Positions 10,462 through 21,232 of a stretch of 33,946 bases of DNA are shown here, in pieces. The notes under the pieces were generated by a model. It saw only the letters and a list, made by a program, of their open reading frames with translations. It was not told the DNA's origin and searched no databases. Source of the stretch: Chiloscyllium plagiosum. Taxonomy: Eukaryota. How positions within the stretch are numbered: the stretch's first letter is position 1; every line of letters starts with the position of its first letter. Where the stretch lies: assembly GCF_004010195.1 (NCBI RefSeq), contig NW_025213520.1:1-33946 (forward strand). The letters are read 5' to 3'. Made by a program: the position numbers and the translations under genes.

Positions 10462-10881
10462 AGATCGGAGACGGTTACAGAGAGTGGTGAACTCGGCCTG
10501 GACAATAACAAAGGTCAACCTCCCATCTATAGTATCCATCTACCAGGCCCGCTGTCAAGGAAAGGCAGCCAGCATTCTCAAAGATTCATACCACCCTGGC
10601 AATGTTTTTCTACAACCTGTGCCATCGGGGAGAAGGTACAGAAGACTGAACACACTCACCAGCTGGTTTCGTAACAGTTTCTACCCTACTGTTGTTAGAA
10701 TACTGAATGGACTCGCAAACTCTTAACATTCACCTGTACCTGTGTTTTTGTTTTTGCCGCTCTATACCTATTATTTATTACCTATGCTACTTAACTCTGT
10801 GATCTGTCTGTATTGCTCACAAGACAAAGCTTTTCACTGTGCCTCGGTACACGTGACAATAATTTCAATTCAATTCAATTC
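10462..10881 (+). mobile_element. Rex1/Babar-type LINE 3' end
   Basis: Translates RLQRVVNSAWTITKVNLPSIVSIYQARC...KDSYHPG..FLQPVPSGRRYR..T.TSWFRNSFYPTVVRILN, typical of the Rex/Babar ORF C-terminus. Followed by a 3' UTR and an (AATTC)n tail. Confidence 0.8.
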
Positions 10882-10899
10882 ATAGAGGAATGTATTCAG

Positions 10900-12300
10900 C
10901 CAAGTTACTGAAATTTCTGGGGGAGGTGTATTTCAGGAACAGTGATCATAATTCTGTAAGAGAAAAGTTACTTATGGATAAGGATAGCAAATGTCTTTGG
11001 GTAAATGTCAAAATTGGGGAAGGCTAATGTTCACAATATTACCGGGGAATATAAATTGGGGGCGGCTGTTTGAAGATAAATCCGCATTTGCCATGTGGGA
11101 ATCTTTTAAAGGCCAGTTGATTCGAATTCAGGTTCAGCATATCACTTTGAAAATAAAGGATAGCCCTTGGATGACAAGAGAAATTCTGAGTTGAGTCAAA
11201 AAGTGAAAGGAAGCACATGTAAGGTTTGTGAAAGTGAAATAAAAGTCTGTTTCTTTGAAGAATATCAATAAAGGAGGAAAGAACAAAACAAGGAGTTAGG
11301 TCAATTAAAGACACAAGGAAACGTTGTTGGCAAAGAGAATTAAGGAAAAGCCCAAGGCATTTTGGAAAGGTTAAAGAACAAAACAGTCACACGGGAAAGG
11401 CTGGATTCACTTAAGTGGGAAGAAGGGAATTAGAGTTTGGAGCTGGAGAAATGGGTGAAGTCCTTAACAAACATTTTGTATTGGTATCCACTAAGGAGAA
11501 GGACATGGTAGCTGGTGAGTTCAGAAAGGGATACATTGAAATGCCAGAACATGTCTTTATATAAAAGCAGGCGTTGTGAGTTTTGAAAAGCATGAAAGTC
11601 GACAAGACCCTGATGGGATCTATCGCAGAATTCTGAGGGAGGCAAGGGAGGAATTCACCCTGAGCCTTATACAAAACCTTTGTATTGCCTTTAGTCACAG
11701 AAAGCTGGAAAATCGTTTAAGAAGGGTAACCCAGGAAATTATAGGCCTTACATCAGTGTTGGGGAAATTGTTGGAGAAGAACCTTAGGGGCAGGATTTAT
11801 TCACATTTAGAAAAATAATATGGACTTATTCGTGACAGGCGGCAAGGCTTTGTCCGATGAAGTTGTGTCTCACAAACTTGATTGAGTTTTTTAAGGAAAA
11901 AAGATATTTGATGAGGACAGAGGAGCGAATGTGGCATACATGGGCCTTAGCAAGGCTTTTGACAAGGTTCCTCAAGGCAGACCGATGCAGTCTGCCACAT
12001 GGGATCCACGGTGAGCTGCTAAAATGGATACAGAACTGGTTTGGCTTTGAAGGTAGTGAACAATGAGGAATGGTTTTCCCAATGAAGATCTGTGATCAGT
12101 GGTCAGGATCAGTGCCAGGACCAGATTTATTTGTTATTTCAATAAATGATTTAGAGAAAAATGGAGCTACTCTCGTTGGCAAGTTTGCAGATGACACAAA
12201 GATTGGGGAACTATGGATAGTGAGGAGGATTGCCAGAGGGCAATTGGAACATTGAATTTAATCTGGACAGATGTCAGGGGATAAATTTGCAAATGTCTCA
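10900..12300 (+). mobile_element. Heavily decayed CR1 LINE ORF2
   Basis: Remnants SDHNS, PWMTREI, LTSVLGKLLEK, CLTNLIEFF, LFVISINDL and KFADDTKIG, with many stops and frameshifts. An upstream DFNF remnant near 10320 suggests the Rex element inserted into this LINE. Confidence 0.8.
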
Positions 12301-12624
12301 TGCAGGAAGGAAGGATGCAGTGTGATGGTATAAACTTCAGAGCTTTATTACCTGGTCATGGATTGAAAGAATCAGTAATAATTCTGTCTGGAGTAAAATG
12401 TTAAGGGACAAGGACAAACTGTGATGAAGGAATTGAAAGCAATTAGCCATGCCTGGGAAAAGAAGGAACAGAAGCTACAGAAACAAAACTGTTTGATAAT
12501 TGGCTGCCTTATGCCACAAGGAGAAACAACTGCCCTGCAGAAGAATTTAAGCAATTAATGACAGGAAATATGCATCTTCAAACAGACAATGTCAAATCTA
12601 ACAAGGAATGGCTTTACCCATGCT

Positions 12625-12923
12625 GGGGAGGCTCAGTGATGAGCACTGCTGCCTCACTGCACCAGTATTCCAACCTCAGGCAACTGTCCGTGTGGAGTTT
12701 GCACATTCTCCCCGTGTCTCTGTGGGTTTCCTCCAGGTGCTCCAGTTTCCTCCCACCATCCAAAGATGTACAGGTCAGGTGAACTGTCCATGCTAAATTG
12801 CCCATAGTATTAGGTGCATTACTCAGAGGATATGGTGTTTGGGTGGGTTATTCTTCAGAGCGTCGGTGTGGACATGTTGGGCCAAAGGACCTGTCACCAC
12901 ACTGTAGGGAATCTAATCTAATC
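12625..12923 (+). mobile_element. HE1-like V-SINE
   Basis: GGCTCAGTG..AGCACTGCTGCCTCAC head, V-domain GTGTGGAGTTTGCACATTCTCCCCGTGTCT..GGGTTTCCTCCAGGTGCTCCAGTTTCCTCCCAC, and an (AATCT)n tail. Confidence 0.9.
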
Positions 12924-13260
12924 AATTTCCACTCAGCATTACCCCTTTGATCCCCTAATTTCTGTCAAGGTTTTAAAACACATGCTGTGACTTCAATGTA
13001 TCAGTTTCTCATTGGTATCTAAAATGGTCAGCATTCTTCCTGTGTTGCTCAATCTGTGCTTGATGCAACGCTTGAAGAGCTTCCTGGAGATTTTGATATT
13101 TACTTCCAAGTTACTGAATCTTAATTATTGACTCATGAACCTGCCTCTGTGCCTTCTCGGCATTCCTGTTCACTGTCTCAAATGGAATTCTATAATTTGA
13201 GAGGCAAACTGTTCTCTCCTGATTGACTACACCCAGGGATTTAAGCTTTCCATTTAATTT

Positions 13261-14637
13261 ATAGAACATAGAACATTACAGCACAGTACAGACCCTTTGG
13301 CCCTCGATATTGCACCGATCTGCGAAACCAATCTAAAGCCCATCTAACCTGTTCCATTTTCATCCATATATTTATCCAATGACCATTGAAATGCTCTGAA
13401 AGTTGGTGAATATACTACTGTTGCAGGCAGGGTGTTCCACACCCCTACTACTCTCTGAGTAAAGAAATTACCTCTGACATCTGTGTTATATATATCAACC
13501 CTCAATTTAAAGCTATGCCCTCTCATAATAGCCATCACCAAGTGAGGAAAAAGGCTCTCCCTGTCCACCCTATCTAACCCTCTGATTATCTTATATGTCT
13601 CAATTAAGTTACCTCTCAACCTTCTTCTCTCTTACCAAAATGGCCTCAAGTCCCTCAGCCTTTCCTCATAAGACCTCCCCTCCATATCAGGCAACATCCT
13701 AGTAAATCTCTTCTGAACCCTTTCCAAATCTTCCACATCCTTCCTATAGTGTAGTGACCAGAACTGTATGTAATACTCCAAGTGTGCCTGCACCAGGGTT
13801 TTGTACAGCTCCAGCATAACCTCACGGTCCCGAAAGTCAAATCCTCTACCAATAAAAGCTAACACACTGTATTTCTTCTTAACAACCTTATCAACCTGGG
13901 TGGCAACTTTCAGGGGTCTATGTACATGGACACCGAGATCTGTCTGCTCATCTACACTGCCAAGAATCTTCCCATTAGCCCAGTACTCTTGATTCCTATT
14001 GCTCCTTCCAAAGTGAATCACCTTATACTTTTCTGCATTAAACTCCATTTGCCACCTCTCAGCCCAGCTCTGCAGCTTATCTATGTCCCTCTGTAACCTG
14101 CAACATCCTTCAGCACTATCCACGACTCTACCAACCTTAGTGTCATCCGCAAATTTACTAGCCCATCCTTCTATGCCCTCATCTAGGTCATTTATTAAAT
14201 TGACAAACAACAGTAGAACCAAAACAGATCTTTGCAGTACACTACGAGTAACTAAACTCCAGGATGAACATTCCCCATCAACCACCACCCTCTGTCTTCT
14301 TTCAGCTAGCCAATTTCTGATCCAAGACACTAAATTACCCTCAATCCCATGCCTCTATATTTGGTGCAATAGCCTACCATGGGCAACCTTATCAAACACC
14401 TTATTGAAATCCATATGCACCACTTCAACCACTTTACTCTCATCCACCTATTTCGTCACTTTCTCAAAGAACTCCATGAGGTATTTGAGGCTTCACAAAA
14501 CAGTATTGACTATTCCTGATCAAATTAGATGATAGATCCTATCCCTTATGACCTTTTCCAACACTTAACCCACAACTGAAGTAAGGCTCGATGATCTCTA
14601 ATTACCAAGGTTGCCTCTACTCCCCTTCTTGAACAGG
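13261..14637 (-). mobile_element. CR1-type LINE, 5'-truncated (RT domain to 3' tail)
   Basis: ORF 13632-14330 includes WIRNWL..RRQRVVVDG, INDLDEG, KFADDTK and LERVQKRFTRMLP. ORF 13344-13619 includes FFTQRVVGVWNTLP. (TTCTATG)n-type tail at 13261. Confidence 0.93.
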
Positions 14638-16928
14638 GATAGTGGAGGGAACTTGCTCTGCAGTCAGAGGAAGTAGGGGAGGTTCTTAATGAATACTTTA
14701 CTTCAGTACTCACTACTGAGAAGGACCTTGACATTTGTGAGGACAGCGTGAAACAGATTGATATGCTAGAACAGGTTGATGTTAGGAAGGAGGGTGTGCT
14801 GAAAATTTTGAAAAACATGATAGATAAATCCCCTGGGCCAGATGGGATATACCCTTGGACGTGAGGGAAGCGATTGCTGCACCTTTGCGATGATCTTTGT
14901 GTCCTCAAAGTCCACTGCAGTTGTACCAAATGATTGGAGAGTAGTAAAGGTGATTCCCTTGTTCAACAAAGGGAATAGGGATAATCCTCAGGATTATAGA
15001 CCAGTCAGTCCTACATCTGTGGTGGGCAGGTTATTGGAGAGGATTCTGAGAGACAGGATTTATGATTACTTGGAAAAGCATAATTTGATGAGAGATAGTC
15101 AGCATGGCTTTGTGAGGGGCAGGTCATGCCTCACAAACCTTTAAATTCTTTGAGGATGTGACAAAATACATGGATGAAGGTAGAGCAGTGAATGTAGTGT
15201 ACATGGGTTTTAGCAAGGCTTTTGATAAGTTCCCAATGGTGTTGGATTGGACTTATCGAACACCTTGCTAAAATCCATGTGGCACACTCATCTATTACAC
15301 AAACAGTGGGCATCCTCGCACTGGGACTGCAGCCAAGGGCGGAGTTAAAGGTCAGAAACAGTGCTGAATTTGCTAATTATGACATAGGCTGAATGCACAC
15401 AAATTCTCTAACCTTGGCAAACTTTCTCCAACCTTCTCTAATGGCTCCTTGCATATTCTTAAATGCAGATTTTAGCCTAAACAAAACGTTCCTATGAAAA
15501 AAACAAGGGTATGGAATGACATGCGTAACTCGATGTTTTGGAACGTCAATAAGGCAATACCGATCAAAGTTCGGGTGACTAGTTCAATGAATGATGAAGA
15601 GTTAATGATCATTTCAGTCAATTGTCAATATATTTTAAGTATAAAAGCCCTATCATTTTCTCTGTAAAAGTACAAAAAACTTAGAGAGAAGTTGAGAATT
15701 ACTTGCATCTCCCTCTCTCAAGTTTTTTGCCAAGCTGCATGCAGTATTTTTAATAAAAGCTGGGTATTTTCCGTTCAAAAGCTCTGTTGATTTTTGTCAA
15801 GTTTGTTGACTTAGCTCTCACAGATCCCTGCTAATTTAAATCCAATTTGACACTGATAGGTTCATTCAGAGAGTAAGGAGGCACGGGACACAGGGAGACC
15901 TGGCTGTCTGGATATTGAATTGGCTGGCCCATAGAAGACAGAGGGTGGTGGCAGATGGAAAGTATTCAGCCTGGAGCTCGGTGACCACAGGGATCTGTTC
16001 TGGGATCTCTGCTCTTTGTGATTTTTATAAATGACTTGGATGAGGAAGTGGAAGGGTGGGTTAGTATGCTTGCTGCTGACACATAGCTTGATGGATAGTG
16101 TGGAGGGCTGTTGTAGGTTGCAACAAGACAGTAACAGAATGCAGGGCAGGGCTGATAAGTGGCAGATGGAGTTCTATCTGGAAAAGTGTGAAGTGATTCA
16201 TTTTGGAATGTTGAATTTGAATGCAGAATACAGGGTTACAGGCAGGATTCTTGGTAGTGTGGAGGAGCAGAGGGATCTTGGTGTCCATGTCCATAGACCA
16301 CTCAAAGTTGCAACTCAACTTGGAAGGGTTGTTAGAAAGGCGTATGGTGCGTTGGCTTTCATGAGCAGGGGGATTGAGTTTAAGAGCCGCAAGGTTATGC
16401 TGCAGCTCTATAATGCCCTGATTCGACCACACTTGGAATATTGTGTTCAGTTCTGGTTGCCTCATTACAGGGAGGATGTGGAAGCTTTAGAGAGAGTGCA
16501 GAGAAGATTTACTAAGATGCTGCCTGGACAGGAGGGCATGTCTTATGATGAAAGGTTAACAGAGCTAGGGTTTTTCTCATTGGAGCAAAGAAGATGAGAG
16601 GTAAATTGATAGATTTCACCTCTCTACCTTATAGGTGTTGAGAGGCATTGATAAAGTGGATAGCCAGAGACCTTTTCCCCATGGTGGATACATCTATCAC
16701 GAGGGGGCATAATTTTAAGATGATTGGAGGAAGGTTTAGGGAAGATGTCAGAAGTAGGTTCTTTACACAGAGAGAGGTGGGTGTGTGGAATGCACTGCCA
16801 GCGGTGGTAGGTGAGTCAGATACATTAGGGACATTTAAGCAACTCTTGGATAGGTACATGGAAGGTAGTACAATGAAGGTTATGTAAGTTAGTCTGATCT
16901 TAGAGTCGGATAAAAATCCGGCACATCT
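14638..16928 (+). mobile_element. CR1-type LINE ORF2, decayed, interrupted at 15240-15852
   Basis: VPNDWRVVKVIPLFNKGNRDNPQDYRPVS...QHGFVRGRSCLTNL and SKAFDK. After the insertion: LQQD..WQMEF..KCEVIHFG, RPHLEYCVQFW, ERVQRRFTKMLPG and FFTQREVGVWNALP. Confidence 0.93.
15240..15852 (+). mobile_element. Probable solo LTR (613 bp) inserted in a CR1 LINE
   Basis: TGT...ACA termini with an imperfect 12-bp inverted repeat (TGTTGGATTGGA / TCCAATTTGACA), TATAAAA at 15640 and AATAAA at 15752. The CR1 sequence resumes across it (...CCCAATGG | ..TAGGTTCATTCAG). The 4-bp flanks ATGG/CTGA match only partly. Confidence 0.7.
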
Positions 16929-16929
16929 G

Positions 16930-17413
16930 CAATCCTTTCTATCGGAAAGATGTGAAACTTGAAAGGGTTCAGAAAAGATTTACAAGGATGTTGTCAGGGT
17001 TGAAGGAATTGAGCTACAGGGAGAGGCTGGACAGGCTGGGGCTGTTTTCCCTGGAGGCTGAGGTTTACAAAATTATGAGAGGCATAGATAGGGTTTCCCT
17101 GGGGTGGGGGGAGTCCAGAACTAGAGGGCATAGGTTTAGGGTGAGTGAGGAAATATATAAAAGAGATCTAAGGGGCAACGTTTTCACACAGAAGGTGGTA
17201 CGTGGATGGAATGAGCTGCCAGAGGAAATAGTGGAGGCTGGTACAATTGTAACATTTAAAAGGCGCTTTGTGGGTATATGAATAGGAAGGGTTTGGAGGG
17301 ATATGGGCCGGATGTTGTTAGATGGGACTACATTGGGTTGGGATATCTGGTCAGCATGGACAGGTTTGACTGAAGGATCTGTTTCCATGCTGTACATCTC
17401 TATGACGCTATGA
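16930..17413 (+). mobile_element. CR1-type LINE 3' fragment
   Basis: KLERVQKRFTRMLSGL..LSYRERLDRLGLFSLE..RGNVFTQKVVRGWNELP, with a CTCTATGA-type tail. Confidence 0.88.
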
Positions 17414-17548
17414 TTCTTGGATAGGCACATGGAAGCTGGACAATGAGGGGTATGATCTTAGTTAGTCTGATAAGATAAAAGGCTGGCCCAACATTGAGGG
17501 CCGAAGAGGCTGTACTGTGCTGTACTGTTCTGTGTTCTATGTTCTATA
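17414..17548 (+). mobile_element. CR1-type 3' UTR fragment with (TTCTATG)n tail
   Basis: Similar to 16843-16920 (TTGGATAGG.ACATGGAAG...GTTAGTCTGAT); ends in CTGTACTGTTCTGTGTTCTATGTTCTAT. Confidence 0.7.
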
Positions 17549-18545
17549 CAGAGGGACCTAGAGGTATACATGTTTACAGCGCACTGGACGTGGCAACATA
17601 GTGAATAGGGTGGTCAAGAAAGCATCTGTAATGCTTGCCTTCAGCCGTTTGGGTGCAGAAGACAAAAGATACCGAATCATGTTGCAGAGGTTTAGAACTT
17701 TAGCAAGGCCACAGTTGGATTGTTATCCACAGCTCATGTCACCACACTACCAAAAGGATGTGGAGTTTGGAGAGGGTACGGAAAAGGTTGACCAGGATGT
17801 TGCCTGATTTGGAGGATATTAGCTCTGAGCAGAGATTTCACAACTTAGTTTGTTTTCATTTGAACTTTGAAGGATGAGGGACAACCTGATCTGATTATGA
17901 TTATGAGAGGCATGGATAGAATGGATAGTTGGAGTCTTTTCTACCCAGGGTAGAAATATCAATTACTAGGGGACATTGGTTTAAGCTAAAAGGGGAAAGA
18001 TTAGATTGGATTCCCTACAGTGTGGAAACAGGCCCTTTAGCCCAACAAGTCCACACCAACCCTCCAAAGAGTAACCCACCCACCTCTGACAAATGCTCCT
18101 AACAACTATGGACAATTTAGCATGGCTAATTCACCTGCCCTGCACATCTTAGGAATGTGGGAGGGAAAACCAGAGTACCGGGAGGAAACCCACGCAGACA
18201 CGGGGAGAATGTGCAAACTCCACACAGAGAGTCGCCTGAGACTGGAATCGAACCTGGGACCCTGTGAGCCACTGTGCCGCCCCATGCCGTGAAAGGTTTG
18301 AAGGAGATGTAAGAGACAATGATTTTTTTACGCTGAGGGTGGCAAATGCCTGGAATGCGCAGTCAGAGGAGGTGGTAGAAACAGATACTGTCACAATGTT
18401 TAAGAGGCATCTTGGCAGATGCATGAATAGTCAAGGAATAGAGGGATATGGAGCTCAGAGAGGGAAAAGGTTTCTAGTTTGGACAAGTGTTTTGTGTCAA
18501 TGTGGGCCAGAGATCTTGTTCCTGAGGTGATTCTGTGTTTTGTTT
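17549..18545 (+). mobile_element. Decayed CR1-type LINE 3' fragment split by a SINE
   Basis: VNRVVKKA..MLAF, RPQLDC..Q..SPHYQKDV; after the SINE, FEGDVRDNDFFTLRVANAWNAQSEEVVE. Confidence 0.8.
17999..18288 (-). mobile_element. HE1-like V-SINE inserted in CR1
   Basis: Minus strand reads GGCATGGGGCGGCACAGTGGCTCACAGGGTCCCAGGTTCGATTCC (tRNA-like head with an internal deletion), then the V-domain and tail. Confidence 0.9.
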
Positions 18546-18568
18546 GTTGTATTTAGACAAGTAATCGC

Positions 18569-18717
18569 TTTCAATCACCATAACATTGAGTATTGGAGTG
18601 ACGATGTCATGTTGAAGCTGTACAGGATATTGGTGAAACCACTTTTGCAGTGTTGTATACAGTTCTGGTCACCCTGCTATAGCAAGGGTGGCATGGTGGC
18701 ACAGTTGTTAGCGCTGT
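18569..18717 (+). mobile_element. CR1 fragment joined to a V-SINE head (paralogous to 20429-20580)
   Basis: MLKLYRILVKPLLQCCIQFWSPCY, followed by GGGTGGCATGGTGGCACAGTTGTTAGCGCTG. Confidence 0.7.
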
Positions 18718-18719
18718 GA

Positions 18720-19545
18720 GGGAAATGGGTCTTTTATGGCAGAGAGCTGTGTCAAACCCAGTGGTAGGGAATCCTTGATTGCCGAAAAAGGTGGACATTT
18801 CTGAGGCACCTGGCGGGAAATGGCATCTTGAGAAATGATATAATGAAGACAGAGATATTAGGAGAATTGAATGGAGACTTTATAGCAAGCAGATTGTGAG
18901 AATGTCTTTTCAAGGTACCTGTGTGAGTCATGGATTGGGAATGGATATTGGTGATGATCTATCACCATAGTTCCAAAATAATGCAACAGCATATAAAACA
19001 GTAATTGCTGCTCCTGGAATTCGAGGAAATCACCTCCAACACCTAAAATACCTCAAAAAAAGGAGCAGCTCTTACAGCCAGAAATGTTTCCCGTCCTTCA
19101 TCTTGGTTACCAACAAAAATGTCAAGGAATGAAAAGCAAGAGTCAGAGAAAGACCAGGTGAAGTGAAGAACCAGGTGGAAAATGGAAGCAAAATTGATAT
19201 TGTTTTTCCCAATTTCAAATGAGGGTAGGAAGCAAGACTGATGATGTTACTGATGTGGGATTGAAAGAGTTGTGGGAAGTGACCCCAATCATATTGGGAT
19301 AAGAAATGTTCCAAGTACCTCATCTCGAGACTGGGGCACATGTGGGTACTTCTGATCACTCACTTGATTGGAACAAAAAAGAAGTTACTAAAAGTGAGGA
19401 TGAGCTTGGCCAGACAGAGGAGGAGGGGGGTTTGTGGATATGGATGGTTCATGCGGTTTTTCCAAGAAGCAACGTGAACCAAAAGAAGGTCCCAATGAAA
19501 GGTGGGTGTGTAAAGGAATTGCATGTGTAAAGAGTGACAAAGAAA
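18720..19545 (-). mobile_element. Old, decayed Penelope-like element RT region (Neptune-type)
   Basis: Minus-strand remnants LLCLAKLILTFSNF, THMCPS, FHLVLHFTWSFSD..FLDI, DSHRYLE and SEMSTFFGNQGFP. These are collinear with PLE RT motifs LLRLAELVLTLNNF, GTRMGPS, FHPALKFTW..PFLD, DSHSYLDY and EMSSFF..RGFP. The catalytic YIDD is lost. Confidence 0.65.
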
Positions 19546-19559
19546 TGGCTGCTGCCCAC

Positions 19560-20105
19560 AAGTTGGAAAGTTTGAAACCAGTTGGGAAGCCATGTTGAGG
19601 TTGTACAGGACATTGGTAAGGCCTCTTCTGGAATATTGTGACCAATTCTGATCATCCCAGTTAAATCAAGGATATTATTAAGCTGGGGAGGGTTCAGAAA
19701 AGATTTACCAAGATGTTGCTGGGAATGGAAAGAGAAGCTGGATAGGCTGGGACTTTTTTCATTGGAATGAAGGCGGTTGAGAGGTGACCTTTTGGAAGCT
19801 TACAATATCATTAAGGGTATAGATAGAGTTAAGGTTTTCTTTTCCCTAGAATGGGCGATTTCAAGACTCGGGGGCAGATTTTTAAGGTGAGAGGAGAGAG
19901 ATTTCAAAAAGACAAGAAGGACAATTGTTTTTACACAGAGGGTGAATATGGGTACAATTGCAAAATTTAGAAGGTGTTTGGATAAGTACATGAATAGGAA
20001 AGGTTTGGACAGATATATAGGGCAGGTGGGACTATTGTAGTTTGGGATTATGTTTGGCATGGATAGGCTGGATGAAAGGGTCTGTTTCTCTGCTCTATGA
20101 CTCTA
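19560..20105 (+). mobile_element. CR1-type LINE 3' fragment
   Basis: MLRLYRTLVRPLLEYCDQF, RVQKRFTKMLLG and LDRLGLFSLE, with a CTCTATGACTCTA tail. Confidence 0.85.
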
Positions 20106-20389
20106 GGATGTAAATTGTCAGAAGAATCACAATGTAAGTGGGGAGAGAATGAAAACATTGGGTTGAGATAGAAAGCCATCAGGCAGGAACAGACAGAAAG
20201 GGTCTAACCTGGTCTTTGGGGAGAAGCTAGAAGGACGCAGGGAATTTATTCACAATCTGACAGTGAACCTACATCTCACAAACAGTGAGAGGGACATAAC
20301 TTCTTATTCGTATTGTAACCTCTGCCACTTTCTTTCTTGCTTTCAGATGACATAGATCTATCATAATGGCTCACATGTAGGCAGTGGGG

Positions 20390-20964
20390 GTGGGGGAGAT
20401 GGTGAAGAAGGCCTTTGGCACACTTGTTTTCAATCACCATAACATTGAGTATTGCAGTGACAATGTCATGTTGAAGCTGTACAGGGTATTGGTAACACCA
20501 CTTTTGCAGTGTTGCATATATTTCTGGTCACCCTGCTAATAGTAAGAGTGGCACGGTGGCTCAGCGGTTAGCACTGCTGCTTCACAGTGCCAGGGAGCTG
20601 GGTTCAATTCCAACCTCGGGTGACTGTCTCTGTGGAGGTTTGCACATTCTGCGTCTGCGTGGGTTTCCTCTGGGTGCTCTAGTTTCCTCCCACAATCCAA
20701 AGATGTGCAGTTGAATTGGCGGTGCTAAATTGCCCATAGTACTCAGGGATGTGTAGGCCAGGTGCATTAGTCAGGGGTAAATGTAGAGTAATAGGGTAGG
20801 GAAGTGGATCTGGGTGCGATACTCTTCAAAGGGTCAGTGTGGACTTGTTGGGCCAAAGGGCCTGTTTCCACACTGTAGGGAATCTATGAAGGGTATTATT
20901 GAATTTGAAAGGATGCAGAAAATATTAACAAGGATGTTACTGAGAGTGGAGAGTTTCCATTATA
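20390..20964 (+). mobile_element. CR1-type fragment interrupted by a SINE
   Basis: VKKAFGTLVF..MLKLYRVLVTPLLQCC..FWSPC before the SINE; IEFERMQKILTRML after it. Confidence 0.75.
20546..20888 (+). mobile_element. Near full-length HE1-like V-SINE
   Basis: tRNA-derived head with A box (TGGCTCAGCGG) and B box (GGTTCAATTCC), V-domain, and tail GGCCTGTTTCCACACTGTAGGGAATCTATG. Confidence 0.92.
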
Positions 20965-21232
20965 AGATTAGATTAGATTACTTACAGTGTGGAAACAGGC
21001 CCTTCGGCCCAACAAGTACACACCGACCCGCAATCCACCCACATCCATTCCCCTACATTTACCCCTTTGCCTAACACTACGGGCAATTTAGCATGGCCAA
21101 TTCACCTAACCTGCACATTTTTGGACTGTGGGAGGAAACCGGAGCACCTGGAGGAAACCCACACAGACACGGGGAGAATGTGCAAACTCCACACAGTCAG
21201 TCGCCTGAGGTGGGAATTGAACCCGGGTCTCT
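20965..21232 (-). mobile_element. HE1-like V-SINE whose 5' end is cut off at the satellite
   Basis: (TAATC)n tail, well-preserved V-domain and B box (GGTTCAATTCCC on the minus strand, about 21212-21223). The A-box half is missing and the array starts at 21233. Confidence 0.9.

Noticed and set aside
1..20105. Any active autonomous retroelement
   Set aside because: All RT/endonuclease regions are truncated or contain stops and frameshifts.
20548..20612. tRNA gene
   Set aside because: This is the tRNA-derived head of a SINE, continuous with the V-domain; it has no full cloverleaf.
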